A DNA stretch of 64,000 nucleotides from Salinispira sp. (lineage in GTDB: Bacteria > Spirochaetota > Spirochaetia > DSM-27196 > Salinispiraceae), in contig OZ271918.1 of NCBI GenBank assembly GCA_965602015.1, positions 608,001 to 672,000 on the forward strand, written 5' to 3'. The position numbers were made by a program, and so were the translations under genes. The notes under the pieces are model-generated. The model was not told the DNA's origin, did not search any database, and saw only the letters and a list, made by a program, of their open reading frames with translations. Shown here piece by piece: positions 30,019 through 39,852 of this stretch. Within the stretch, counting starts at the first letter, position 1, and each line of letters opens with the position of its first letter.

Positions 30019-30495
30019 ATGATTCTGTTTTTTAACTCCCTTGAGCAGGTGGTGATTCTGAGTCTCTCCGTTGTTTTGGGGCTCATGCTGTTTGACATGC
30101 TGGTGATGATTCCGTATCTGCGCGATCGCCTCTCCTCAGAAATCGCGAGGCTTTTCAGCGGACGGCTTTCTTCGGCTGCATTCGTTTTTCTCGCTGTGTG
30201 GAAGCTGTCTCCGGTGGTCCTGCGCTTCTCCGATGTGATTTCCCGTCCCATTTTGCTTCTGTACGCCCCGGGCGGGCCGATCGGCGGCATTGCGGGCTTG
30301 ATTGCCGCGGGCCTGTTCATGGCGCCTCTGCTTCCCCAGGGACGGCTGCTATGGGAGCGGGTGGGTGAGCAGAAAAAGCCGGTTCTGGCCGTGAATGTCA
30401 CGTTGATGATCGCCCTGGTGATTGTGGTATATTTTGCCGCGGGAGCTGCATTCGACGCCTATAACGCCTCGCGCCTCGGTCTCAGAAGCCTCTAA
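30019..30495 (+). CDS. Membrane hypothetical protein (Lgt-N-like)
   Basis: Hydrophobic segments; WKLSP, PILLLY..GG. Confidence 0.6.
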   Translation: MILFFNSLEQVVILSLSVVLGLMLFDMLVMIPYLRDRLSSEIARLFSGRLSSAAFVFLAVWKLSPVVLRFSDVISRPILLLYAPGGPIGGIAGLIAAGLFMAPLLPQGRLLWERVGEQKKPVLAVNVTLMIALVIVVYFAAGAAFDAYNASRLGLRSL

Positions 30496-31993
30496 ACCAG
30501 CGGGTTATCTGTGCGCTCGGGTCGTACCCGTTAAAAACTTGGCCGATATAATCATATTCGCCGCTGCAGTTGTTAAAGTGATAATCATTCTTCCACTTCC
30601 CGATATGGACAGCGGTCTGACTAATCGCCTCTATTATATATGAGATTTCCGCATCGCTCATTACGGGATGGAGGCTGAGACGGACCCATCCGGGTTTTTC
30701 ACTCAGGTCTCCCGAATCGATCTCCCGGGTTATGCGCACCGACTCTTCGCGGCTGACGTGCAGCAGCCAGTGACCGTAGGTTCCGGCGCAGCTGCACCCG
30801 CCCCGCACCTGAATCCCGAAATGGTCGTTGAGGATGGCGACGATGAGGTTGTGGTGAATCTCCTCCATATAAAAAGATAGTACCCCCAGCTGACCGGGAC
30901 GGGGCAGGGTGTTTTCGTCTCCCAGAATATGAAGGCCGGGAATGGCGTTCAGGCCGGCTACTGCCTGTTGGAGAAGCTGCGCTTCCCGCTCGGCCATCCG
31001 CCCAGTCCCCATGGATTCTTTTACTCCGATAGATAGCGCCGTTCTGATTGTCTGCAGAAAGGGCGGAGTTCCCCCATCCTCACGGGCTTCGATGTCGGTC
31101 ACATAGCTCCGTTCGCCCCAGCGGTTCGTCCAGTTCACCGTGCCGCCTCCGGGGTTATCCGGAACGGCGTTGTGGTACAGACTGCGGTTAAACACCAACA
31201 CGCCGGCCGAGCCGGGTCCTCCGAGGAATTTATGGGGCGAGAAAAAAATGCCGTCCAAGTATCCGTCGGGATCATCAACGGGATGCATATCGATATCAAC
31301 GTACGGGGCGGATGCGGCAAAGTCCACAAACGCAACGCCTCCGTAACGGTGCATAATCCTGGCCAGCTCCCTGTACGGCGGAACAAATCCGGTCACATTG
31401 CTTGCCGCACTGAACGAGCCGATTTTCACGCTTCGGTGGGAATACTGCTGTAACTGCCGCTCGAGTTCCTTGGGATTAACATCGAGATTTTCGTCCGGTT
31501 CGAGAACCACCACCTCCGCGGATGTCTCGAGCCAGCTGATATGGTTGGAGTGATGTTCCATGTGGGTGAGGAAGACCACCGGGGCGTCATTATCCGCTTC
31601 TCTTTTAATCGGAAGCCCCCCCCGAAGATCCAGGGCAGGGGCCGGCCGGCGGAGACCGAGTATCCGCTGGAGTTTGTTTACCACCGCGGTCATGCCGCTG
31701 CCGGCGGATATCAGAATTTCATCAGGGCCGGCATTCACATGATCTTTTATTCGCTGTTGGGCGTCGTGGTAGGCCCGGGTCATTGCCCGGCCGGTGCTGC
31801 TGGCTTCGCTGTGGGTATTGGCCACCATCGGTCCGACTTCGTTGATAAGACGTTCTTCAATGGGATGATACAGCCGGCCGCTGGCAATCCAGTCGGCATA
31901 GACCAACGGAACCTCGCCAAGCGGTCCCATCAGGCGCTTATCGACTCCTACAATGTGCTTACGAAATTCTGCGAAATGTTTATCCAGGTTCAT
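30482..31993 (-). CDS. Class V PLP aminotransferase / cysteine desulfurase-like
   Basis: YADWIASGR, MEHHSN, SPHKFLGGPG, RGGCSCAG. Confidence 0.9.
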   Translation of the reverse strand: MNLDKHFAEFRKHIVGVDKRLMGPLGEVPLVYADWIASGRLYHPIEERLINEVGPMVANTHSEASSTGRAMTRAYHDAQQRIKDHVNAGPDEILISAGSGMTAVVNKLQRILGLRRPAPALDLRGGLPIKREADNDAPVVFLTHMEHHSNHISWLETSAEVVVLEPDENLDVNPKELERQLQQYSHRSVKIGSFSAASNVTGFVPPYRELARIMHRYGGVAFVDFAASAPYVDIDMHPVDDPDGYLDGIFFSPHKFLGGPGSAGVLVFNRSLYHNAVPDNPGGGTVNWTNRWGERSYVTDIEAREDGGTPPFLQTIRTALSIGVKESMGTGRMAEREAQLLQQAVAGLNAIPGLHILGDENTLPRPGQLGVLSFYMEEIHHNLIVAILNDHFGIQVRGGCSCAGTYGHWLLHVSREESVRITREIDSGDLSEKPGWVRLSLHPVMSDAEISYIIEAISQTAVHIGKWKNDYHFNNCSGEYDYIGQVFNGYDPSAQITRWFRGF

Positions 31994-32110
31994 GGCTGGT
32001 CATTGTATCCGCCCAGTAATGCCGCGGCAAGCGCCGGTATTCCAGGCTCGCTTTCCCTTTCCGATGGTCATCCCCGCCTGATGCCGGCTTACCGGCGATA
32101 TGGGTACACG

Positions 32111-32138
32111 CTCTCCCGGCGAAGTGAAGCCGGGAGAG
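32111..32138. terminator. Hairpin downstream of serA-like gene
   Basis: CTCTCCCGGC...GCCGGGAGAG. Confidence 0.55.
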
Positions 32139-32152
32139 CATTACATAGCCTG

Positions 32153-33340
32153 TTATTTGAGATCTGCCTGAATGACATGCTCCCGGCTGCTGATTGATTT
32201 TATTACCGAGTCATGTGGGCGGTCATCGAGCTTAAGGGTACATACCGCCGCCTTGCCCCCGGAAAAAATAGAGTTTTCCATCTCTTCGATATTGATTTTC
32301 GCTCCCCGCAACTCGTCGAGCACCGATGCGAGCACACCAATCTTGTTGAAATGGCGGACAACAAGGTTGCAGGACGCGCTGCTTTTTTCCCGGGCATTAA
32401 CGCTGTTGACCGGCTTTCCGTTTTCAAAGTACGCCCGGACTATGTTGACCACTTCGTCGGCGATGGCATCGGCAGCCTGGGTGGTCGATGCACCGATGTG
32501 GTGGGTGCCGGTAATTTTTTCTGCGAGGGAACTGTGGGGAAATACTTTCTCGCTGGCTCCCGGCTCGTTTTCGTATACGTCGAGGGCTACCTTGAGCTGC
32601 TTTCTTTCAATGGCGGATTCCAGCGCTTGCGTATCGACCACTTCACCCCGGGAGGTATTGATAAAGTACGCACCGTCCTTCATGGCTGACAGGAAGTCGC
32701 TACCGATTAGGTGAGCGGTCTCCGGGGCGGCGGCAAGGTGCACGGTGACTATGTCGGCCAGCTTCGCCAGGTCTTGGGGGCTCGAGCAGTACTGAACACC
32801 CATTTCAGCGGCCTTTTCTTCGTTCAGGCTTCTCGACCAGGCGGCAACCTTCATCTCCATCGCTTGTGCAATGGCGGCAACCCGTTTGCCGATGGAACCC
32901 ATTCCGAGAATACCGATGGTCCGGCCCTTTATTCCGCGGGCCTTGCTGTAGAGCTTTTTATTCCACACGCCGTTTTTTAGATCGCTGGCGTTGGCCACAA
33001 TATTTCGGTCCAGGGCGATCATCAGGCCGATGGTCAGTTCGGCTACCGCATCGGCATTTTTTCCGGGACAATTAGCCACATGGATTCCCATGGTAGACGC
33101 GGTTTCCAGATCGATGGTATTCACACCGGCTCCGGCCCGGATAATCAGGCTGAGGTTGCGGCCGGCCTCCATGACAGGGGCCTGAACCTTAGTGGATCGC
33201 ACCACCAGGATTTCGCTGTCCCCAATGTGATTTGGCAGATCTCCTGCGCTTAGGTCCGGTTCGAAGCGGATGTCGGCGCCCAGTTCCCGCAATGCCGTCA
33301 TTGCATTATCAGACAGTTTGTCAGCGATCAGTATTTTCAT
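32153..33340 (-). CDS. serA: D-3-phosphoglycerate dehydrogenase-like with ACT domain
   Basis: RAGAGVNTID, GILGMGSIG, INTSRG, HIGAST; C-terminal ACT. Confidence 0.8.
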   Translation of the reverse strand: MKILIADKLSDNAMTALRELGADIRFEPDLSAGDLPNHIGDSEILVVRSTKVQAPVMEAGRNLSLIIRAGAGVNTIDLETASTMGIHVANCPGKNADAVAELTIGLMIALDRNIVANASDLKNGVWNKKLYSKARGIKGRTIGILGMGSIGKRVAAIAQAMEMKVAAWSRSLNEEKAAEMGVQYCSSPQDLAKLADIVTVHLAAAPETAHLIGSDFLSAMKDGAYFINTSRGEVVDTQALESAIERKQLKVALDVYENEPGASEKVFPHSSLAEKITGTHHIGASTTQAADAIADEVVNIVRAYFENGKPVNSVNAREKSSASCNLVVRHFNKIGVLASVLDELRGAKINIEEMENSIFSGGKAAVCTLKLDDRPHDSVIKSISSREHVIQADLK

Positions 33341-33537
33341 AGCTATTACAATAGGCCCAAAATACCAGGCTGTAAATGTAAATCGGGATTATTTTACTAT
33401 TGCAGAAGTAACAAAACACCGACTTCCCGAAGAGGCCGGGCACCGGAATAGTTTTTGCCGATCCATTCTGCAATCGCTATGTTATACACATAGGCGATCT
33501 TTTTTGCCTGAGATTCAATGTAAAAGGATATGTAATT

Positions 33538-34233
33538 ATGAAAACTCTGATTGTTGCAGGCGCCGGCTCAGCTATTGCCGCTGCCACTCTCGAACACCTG
33601 GCAAATAACGGAGAACAGTGGAATATAGTCGCGTATTCAAGACAAGATCCGTCAATCGGGCATCCGCACGTGAGCTGGATTGAATGGGATGTGGCCAACG
33701 ACTTCCCGGGCTTGCCGGACGAAGTGGAGTCCGTCGACGCGCTTATGTACTGCCCAGGAAATATCAACCTGAAACCCTTTAAATCACTGAAGCTGTCGCA
33801 GTTCCAGGAGGACATGCATATCAATCTCTTCGGATCCATATCCCTGCTTCAGGAGGTTCTGCCAAAAATGACGGCGGGCGGGGATGTGTTATATATCTCG
33901 TCGGTCGCCGCCTCAACTGGTATGGCATACCATGCTTCCGTGGCATCGGCGAAATCCGCAGTGGAGGGCTTTGTCAAAGCCATGGCCGCAGAGTATGCGC
34001 CGAAAAATATCCGTTTCAACGCCGTAGCCCTGTCCCTCACCGACACCCCGCTGGCTTCCCGACTTCTCTCAAGCGATGATAAGCGCCAGGCAATGGCCGA
34101 GCGCCATCCCCTTAAGAGGGTGGGGGATCCCGCCGAGGTGGGAGCCCTGGCAGCGCACATTCTTGCGGGACAGTATTCCTGGATGACCGGTCACATTATA
34201 TCTATGGACGGAGGAATCGGCGCGCTTCGATAG
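33538..34233 (+). CDS. SDR family oxidoreductase
   Basis: AGAGSAIA, SSVA, ASAKSAVEG, DGG. Confidence 0.85.
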   Translation: MKTLIVAGAGSAIAAATLEHLANNGEQWNIVAYSRQDPSIGHPHVSWIEWDVANDFPGLPDEVESVDALMYCPGNINLKPFKSLKLSQFQEDMHINLFGSISLLQEVLPKMTAGGDVLYISSVAASTGMAYHASVASAKSAVEGFVKAMAAEYAPKNIRFNAVALSLTDTPLASRLLSSDDKRQAMAERHPLKRVGDPAEVGALAAHILAGQYSWMTGHIISMDGGIGALR

Positions 34234-34257
34234 ATCCGGGCCGTCAACACGCATCAA

Positions 34258-34290
34258 AAAAAACAGCCCGGCATACGTCGCCGGGCTGTA
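34258..34290. terminator. Bidirectional terminator between convergent genes
   Basis: ACAGCCCGGC...GCCGGGCTGT with an A-run. Confidence 0.75.
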
Positions 34291-34322
34291 TTGGTATACA
34301 AAGAGTTCCGATTTGGCAGCGC

Positions 34323-35987
34323 TTAGCGGGCGGCCTTGCGCTCCAGGGTCAGGGTGATGGTGGGTTGATCGCACACTTCTGTCGGGCCGTAGTACTGAAT
34401 CGCGCCGGGGAAGAAGTAGCTGGTGGTTTTCGCCCAGCTGTCGCGCTTTGAGGCGAATTCTTTGAACGGGGCTCCATCAAGCTCGACCAGCGCCTTTCGG
34501 ATGACCGGCTTCATTGAACCGTGACGCTGCTCCATGTTCATCATCATGGTCAGGGGAATGCCGCCGGCTATCCATTGGTCCGCGCTTTTATCAAGATCCC
34601 GAACGCTTGAAATGTATCCGGTCAGCCCGTTGGCAATAAGCAGGAATGCGGTGAACCCGAGGCTGTAGGTGTAATCCGCATCGAAGTTAGAGGGGAATGC
34701 GCAGCGGCCTTCGTAACCGAAGAAATGGGCCAGGGCTTTGAATGAACCGGAGAACGAGCCCTCAGCCTTTTCTTCCCTCAGCATTTCGCCGACCATCTCG
34801 ATGAGCAGCTTCTCCGTATCGATGAGGGAGACCTGTACGTTGCCATGGGGATCCCGATCGAGCAGCAGCTGCTGGCGGATTCCCCGGGGCAGACTTCCAA
34901 AGACCTTGGCGCTGTGGTCGCTGAGTTTTCCGACGGCGAACTCAGCCTGATCTTCGAAACTGCGCAGCGTAGCAAAATAGTCGGCGTTGTGAGCTAATAG
35001 GTCGTTTAATTCGCCGATCAGGGTTTTCATTTCGGGAATGAACTCTATGAGTCCCTCGGGAATCAGGGCGATGCCGAAATTCTCCCCGTTGTTTGAACGG
35101 ACCTTCACCACGTCGGCGATTTCCCGCACAACCTGGGACAGGCTCTTTTTCTTCTCCGCCACTTCTTCGCTAATTATGGCTACATTGGGATGGGTTTGAA
35201 GGGCGGCTTCAAGGCCGATATGACTTGCCGAGCGGCCCATCAGCTTGATGAAGTGCCAGTATTTCTTTGCGGAATTTGCGTCCCGCATGATGTTGCCGAT
35301 GAGTTCGCTATAGGTTTTTACCGCGGTGTCAAAACCAAAACTGGTTTCGATATACTCATTTTTCAAGTCGCCGTCGATGGTTTTTGGAACCCCAATCACC
35401 TGAATATCCGTGCCTTCCGACAGGAAGTACTCCGCCAAAAGAGCTGCATTGGTGTTTGAATCATCACCTCCGATAACGACGACGGCGTTTAACTTCTGCG
35501 TCTTTGCAGTTTCAAGGGCGGCGGCAAACTGTTGGGGGGTTTCGATTTTGGTTCGTCCGGAACCGATAATGTCGAAACCGCCGGTGTTGCGGTACTCATC
35601 GATGGTTTTATCATCAAACTCTACGAAAGAATTTTCCATGAGGCCGCTTGGTCCGCCGAGAAAACCGATGAGTTTTGACGAAGAATTAGCCTTCTTGATT
35701 CCGTCATAGAGGCCGGTGATTACATTGTGTCCGCCGGGAGCCTGGCCTCCGGAGAGGATGACTCCGACCCGAAGTTCCTTGTTTATTTCAGGATTTTTAC
35801 CCTGTTTGAATACGGCGATAGGCGCGCCGTAGGTCTTGGCGAAGAGCTTTTTGACATCGGTCTGGTCGGCGATCGATTCTGTGGGCGTGCCGAACTCGAC
35901 TTCGATATCCCGAATGTCACCCGTAAGAACGGCGGGTAACTTGGGCTGATAGGTATAGCGGGCTTTTTGCAGGGCGGATATTTCCAT
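34323..35987 (-). CDS. pfp: Diphosphate-fructose-6-phosphate 1-phosphotransferase (long PPi-PFK)
   Basis: [31 protein letters not shown]. Confidence 0.95.
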   Translation of the reverse strand: MEISALQKARYTYQPKLPAVLTGDIRDIEVEFGTPTESIADQTDVKKLFAKTYGAPIAVFKQGKNPEINKELRVGVILSGGQAPGGHNVITGLYDGIKKANSSSKLIGFLGGPSGLMENSFVEFDDKTIDEYRNTGGFDIIGSGRTKIETPQQFAAALETAKTQKLNAVVVIGGDDSNTNAALLAEYFLSEGTDIQVIGVPKTIDGDLKNEYIETSFGFDTAVKTYSELIGNIMRDANSAKKYWHFIKLMGRSASHIGLEAALQTHPNVAIISEEVAEKKKSLSQVVREIADVVKVRSNNGENFGIALIPEGLIEFIPEMKTLIGELNDLLAHNADYFATLRSFEDQAEFAVGKLSDHSAKVFGSLPRGIRQQLLLDRDPHGNVQVSLIDTEKLLIEMVGEMLREEKAEGSFSGSFKALAHFFGYEGRCAFPSNFDADYTYSLGFTAFLLIANGLTGYISSVRDLDKSADQWIAGGIPLTMMMNMEQRHGSMKPVIRKALVELDGAPFKEFASKRDSWAKTTSYFFPGAIQYYGPTEVCDQPTITLTLERKAAR

Positions 35988-36160
35988 GCTGTCTCCTTAA
36001 AAAATAATGGGCTTGGTTGGGGGAATTGGCGTAGATTGTAGCGGATTTCTTCCGGTCTGTGAAGAACTGCCGTACGGCTGGTAACAGCCTCGAAATAAGG
36101 CGATTGCTCAATTACTTATTAAGAAAAGTAAATATAGTAAAAAATATATCTAAAGGGATC

Positions 36161-36188
36161 TTGCCATTTTGCCCTCATCGGTTACAAT
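36161..36188 (+). promoter_or_regulatory. Candidate sigma70 promoter of the methyltransferase-RiPP operon
   Basis: TTGCCA-16-TACAAT. Confidence 0.45.
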
Positions 36189-36239
36189 GGAAGACAAGGA
36201 AACCGCGTACCGTACCGGGCCGTATACATAGGAGCAGTT

Positions 36240-36905
36240 ATGTCCGATCAATCCGTTCTCAATGCAATAGATATTCGCTATAGCGACCTCGCTGAAGGGA
36301 GCTGCTGCCTTTCCTGCGGGGGAGCCATCGACAAATCCCAGCCAAAAGCCGGAGAGGTCTGCGTAGACCTGGGAAGCGGCCGGGGAACAGACCTCATACG
36401 TCTTGCCGAAGCGGTCGGTGAAACCGGCCATGTGCATGGGCTGGACATTAGTGACGGGATGCTTGCCAAGGCGTCCCGAACCGTGGAGAAGCTGGGGCTG
36501 TCCCGGCGGATCAGCCTTCATAAAAGTGATCTCCAAACCATACCCCTAAAATGCTCCAGCGTCGATTTGCTCATTTCGAACTGCACAATCAATCATGCTA
36601 AAAACAAAGCCCGGGTCTGGAAGGAGATCCATCGAGTTCTCAAAGACGGCGGGCGGTTTGTCGTCAGCGATATCTATTCGATCACCGAGGTTCCGGAACA
36701 ATACTCAAACGACCCCGCAGCCGTTGCCGAATGCTGGGCCGGTTCGGTTACCAGGGATAGTTATCTCCGCCAATTGTCGGACGCCGGTTTTGCTCAGATC
36801 GACATTGTTGAAAAGAGCGCGCCGTATGCCAAGGGGGAGATTGAAGTCTGTAGTTGGACGATCCGGGGTGTGAAGCGCGGCAGCGGCAGTTGCTGCTCGA
36901 AATAA
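36240..36905 (+). CDS. ArsM-like (arsenite S-adenosylmethionine methyltransferase family) methyltransferase
   Basis: CCLSCG, VDLGSGRGTD SAM motif, ISNCTIN, ECWAG, C-terminal CC: Cys pattern of ArsM/AS3MT. Confidence 0.8.
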   Translation: MSDQSVLNAIDIRYSDLAEGSCCLSCGGAIDKSQPKAGEVCVDLGSGRGTDLIRLAEAVGETGHVHGLDISDGMLAKASRTVEKLGLSRRISLHKSDLQTIPLKCSSVDLLISNCTINHAKNKARVWKEIHRVLKDGGRFVVSDIYSITEVPEQYSNDPAAVAECWAGSVTRDSYLRQLSDAGFAQIDIVEKSAPYAKGEIEVCSWTIRGVKRGSGSCCSK

Positions 36906-36911
36906 GGGTTT

Positions 36912-36930
36912 ATCAGCTGTTTTCGGGGCA
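36912..36930. repeat. Repeat-family end interrupted by the IS1111 insertion
   Basis: ATCAGCTGTTTTCGGGGCA; the usual continuation CT resumes at 38236 after the IS. Confidence 0.85.
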
Positions 36931-36954
36931 TATCTGAAAGCGGTGCCCCCCCGC

Positions 36955-37105
36955 AAGAGTTTTCATTGTTCTATTACAAAAATTCTGCAAATCGGTTTTG
37001 TCCGAGTCATATCTCCGCCATCCACGTGGCATGAAAATGTCCTTCCAGGGGTGTCGCAATCACTTTGCACAGCCTCGTATTCGCGCTGTAGCCCCAAAAA
37101 CGCGC
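36955..37105 (-). ncRNA. Predicted bridge/seek RNA of the IS1111 element
   Basis: Contains segments matching target (GUUUUUGGGGC, AAAGUG) and circle junction (UUUCAUGCCA, AGAUAUGA); ends approximate. Confidence 0.7.
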
Positions 37106-38158
37106 TTACCCCTGTCTGGACAAACCCGCTAATGCAGGATCTTTGTAATGCTGTTCTTTCTGCAATATCCAAAATATTGCTTCTGCTAAGTGCCGTGCCA
37201 CGGCGATTATTGCAACCTTATGATTACGTTTAGTACGAACTCTCTTGTAGAGTTTTACCGTATGTCGGTTCGCCCAATTTCTTTGATTAAGACAGGTTAC
37301 ATTAGCTGCTTCAGTAAGTGCCCACTTCAAGTATCGATTACATGCTTTCGATGTTCGACCATAATGAGTTTTACCTCCGCTCGAGTGAACGCGCGGCGTT
37401 GTACCACAGTATGATGCAAAATGTTCAGCGGTCTTAAAGCGATGTATGTCTCCAATTTCATGCACAATGACTGCGCTGAGAATAAATCCGATCCCGGGAA
37501 TGGATTTCACCAACTTCATTTCAGCATTTTCATCAAACGCTTCATGCATTCGTTGTTCGCAGTCGGTGATAGATTGCTTAATAAACGCGAGATTATCGAG
37601 CTTGAGTTTCATCATGGTGCGGGTATGCTCGGGGAGTTTTGGCATTACCTTCTTCATGGCTTCTGTACCTGCTTTTCCGAACAGATCGCTCACATCATTG
37701 AATCGAAACCCATATTTCTCGAACCCGGCATGAATTTGGTTCTTTTCACGTATCAACTCCTGAACGAACTGCATCCGGGTTCGATAGAGTTCTCGTTTAT
37801 CACGCAATTCTCCTGGTGGAATCCACACAGTAGGCAGTGTGCCTGCTTTTTGAAGTTTATTGAGACCTTCAGCATCGAGTTTGTCAGTTTTGTTAAACAT
37901 GGCCATCATCAATTTTGACTTACCGGCATGTACCAGCAAGGGGTTCATGCCGGCCTCCTCAATCTCATCCACAATCCAGTACCAACTTCCGATCGTTTCA
38001 AGTGCGACTTCCTGTCCCGGCTCAAATTGTTGGAGAAAATCACGAATACACCCGTGAGAATGTTCTATGCGCTGTGAGGATTTCCTTCCATTTTCGTCCT
38101 CAATTGCAGCCACGGTATACCGTTTATGGCTGTCGAGGGATATAATAGTATTACTCAT
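37106..38158 (-). CDS. IS110 family transposase/recombinase
   Basis: DEDD RuvC: SLDSHK, ALET, KTDKLDA; SIPGIG; HSSGG Tnp serine; RBS GGAGGAGG. Confidence 0.95.
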   Translation of the reverse strand: MSNTIISLDSHKRYTVAAIEDENGRKSSQRIEHSHGCIRDFLQQFEPGQEVALETIGSWYWIVDEIEEAGMNPLLVHAGKSKLMMAMFNKTDKLDAEGLNKLQKAGTLPTVWIPPGELRDKRELYRTRMQFVQELIREKNQIHAGFEKYGFRFNDVSDLFGKAGTEAMKKVMPKLPEHTRTMMKLKLDNLAFIKQSITDCEQRMHEAFDENAEMKLVKSIPGIGFILSAVIVHEIGDIHRFKTAEHFASYCGTTPRVHSSGGKTHYGRTSKACNRYLKWALTEAANVTCLNQRNWANRHTVKLYKRVRTKRNHKVAIIAVARHLAEAIFWILQKEQHYKDPALAGLSRQG

Positions 38159-38262
38159 TTGGTTGTCCTCCTCCGGTATTTAATATAGACCCTGACTGGC
38201 AGGATCTCGGGGGAGGCACCGCTTTCATACCATCACTCTAATAATGTACAAGGAGGGATTCT

Positions 38263-38370
38263 ATGAAAAAGAATCTGAAGTCTCTCATACGCAAAAAGCC
38301 TCAGGGCGACAAGAAGCAGGCTCAGTGCTGTGCCAAGGTTTCTCCCGTCGTTGCGGGCTGTCACGACTGA
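38263..38370 (+). CDS. Putative RiPP precursor peptide, 35 aa (MKKNLKSLIRKKPQGDKKQAQCCAKVSPVVAGCHD)
   Basis: Not in the ORF track; RBS AAGGAGG; Lys-rich leader and 3-Cys core; directly upstream of radical SAM/SPASM gene. Confidence 0.8.
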   Translation: MKKNLKSLIRKKPQGDKKQAQCCAKVSPVVAGCHD

Positions 38371-38457
38371 ACGCGGTTACCCGCGTGTGCCCCTCGGGGC
38401 CCGAAGGGCCGCTGAAACGGCGGTCCTCCGGTTTTTCTTTTCTGTAAGGATACTCCT

Positions 38458-39852
38458 ATGGCGGAAATTCTTTCGAAACACAACATTCTCACCCGGCTTC
38501 ATAACAAAGACGAATGGCTCCTGGTCAATCTTCTTCATCAGCAGGCGGACATTATTGAAGCTGATCTCGCAGATCAGATTCAAAATGGTGAAGTACTCAA
38601 CGCTGGTATCTCCGGCCCGGAGTACATCGAGTTAAAAGAGAAGGGGTATATAATTGATGATGCCCTCGAAGAGTCGAAATTCCGGCTTGCCTACGGAGAT
38701 TTTATACGCGCCAGGGACGAATCGGAAGTTCAGGTTTTCTACGTGCCTGGGTATTCCTGTAATTTTGCCTGCGGCTACTGCTATCAGGAAGGTTATGAGC
38801 ATGCCGCCCATCCGCAACAGGACGGAGTCATCGATGCCTTTTTTTCATATATCGATCGCAGCCTTGCAGGACGGTCCTGGTACCTGACGATTTTTGGCGG
38901 CGAACCTTTGCTGCCGGGGCCCAATCAGCGTCGAATTGTTGAAAAACTGATTAAAGGCTGTAACAGCAAGGGTGTATCCCTGGCTGTGGTGACCAACGGA
39001 TACTATTTAAAATCCTATATCGATCTGCTCTCTACCGCGGACATCAGAGAAATTCAGGTGACTCTTGATGGTGTGGGCGATGTGCATAACCGGCGCCGGC
39101 CGCTCAAAGCATCGGTCCACGGTGACCGTGATCCCTCGAGTTTCGAGGCGGTTGTGGCCGGTATTGATGCAGCCCTCGATGCGGGTTTTGTTGTAAATAT
39201 GCGCACGGTTCTGGACCGGGATAATCTTCCGGCTCTTCCCGATCTGGCAGATTTTGCTATCAGGAAGGGCTGGACGGGCAGGCGGAATTTCAAAACCCAG
39301 CTCGGACGGAATTACGAGCTTCATTCATGTCAGGCGAGTCAAAAACGCCTGTACAGTCGTCTCGAAATGTATTCCGACCTTTTCGATCTCATTTGTGAGC
39401 ATCCCCGGGTCCTGGAATTCCATGTTCCGGCGTACAGCATCTCTCGCTTCCTGTTTGAAAACGGCGAACTTCCCATGCCCCTGTTCGACAGTTGCCCAGG
39501 GACAAAAATCGAATGGGCCTTCGACTCAAGCGGGAAGGTGTATGCCTGCACCGCTACGGTGGGAAAGTCTGGGCAGGAACTGGGATCTTTTTATCCGCAA
39601 CAGAATCTGGACACCGATGCTGTGGAGCTGTGGGAGGATCGGGATGTCCTCTCCATAGATGAATGCCGCAGCTGTTCGCTCAACCTCGCCTGCGGGGGGG
39701 GGTGTGCGGCGATTGCCCTCAACCGCAACGGCGGGCTAAACACACCGGACTGCCGGCCGGTTGATGCCCTCATGTCCCTGGGGGTAAGCCTGTACGCCAG
39801 CCTGGACTTACCGACGAGGACTGAACTATCAGGAGGAAGTGATGGCGGGTAA
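38458..39852 (+). CDS. Radical SAM/SPASM peptide maturase with N-terminal RRE-like region
   Basis: CNFACGYC, FGGEPLL, TNGY, QVTLDG; SPASM Cys: CPG, YAC, CRSC, CGGGC, PDC. Confidence 0.9.
   Translation: MAEILSKHNILTRLHNKDEWLLVNLLHQQADIIEADLADQIQNGEVLNAGISGPEYIELKEKGYIIDDALEESKFRLAYGDFIRARDESEVQVFYVPGYSCNFACGYCYQEGYEHAAHPQQDGVIDAFFSYIDRSLAGRSWYLTIFGGEPLLPGPNQRRIVEKLIKGCNSKGVSLAVVTNGYYLKSYIDLLSTADIREIQVTLDGVGDVHNRRRPLKASVHGDRDPSSFEAVVAGIDAALDAGFVVNMRTVLDRDNLPALPDLADFAIRKGWTGRRNFKTQLGRNYELHSCQASQKRLYSRLEMYSDLFDLICEHPRVLEFHVPAYSISRFLFENGELPMPLFDSCPGTKIEWAFDSSGKVYACTATVGKSGQELGSFYPQQNLDTDAVELWEDRDVLSIDECRSCSLNLACGGGCAAIALNRNGGLNTPDCRPVDALMSLGVSLYASLDLPTRTELSGGSDGG

Larger units (their letters stand above)
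36931..38233 (-). mobile_element. IS110-family, IS1111-type insertion sequence (1303 bp)
   Basis: Sub-terminal IRs TGAAAGCGGTGCC (36935-36947 / 38215-38227); CA core at 36929-30 and 38234-35; long non-coding end downstream of the transposase. Confidence 0.9.

Noticed and set aside
38368..38415. Selenocysteine read-through of the peptide TGA (hairpin follows the stop)
   Set aside because: The hairpin starts immediately at the stop and does not resemble a typical bacterial SECIS placement; no sel genes in the window. Not formally excluded.
38244..38635. ORF-track 67-aa and 101-aa ORFs upstream of rSAM
   Set aside because: No RBS; the 35-aa ORF at 38263 has a strong RBS and precursor-like composition.
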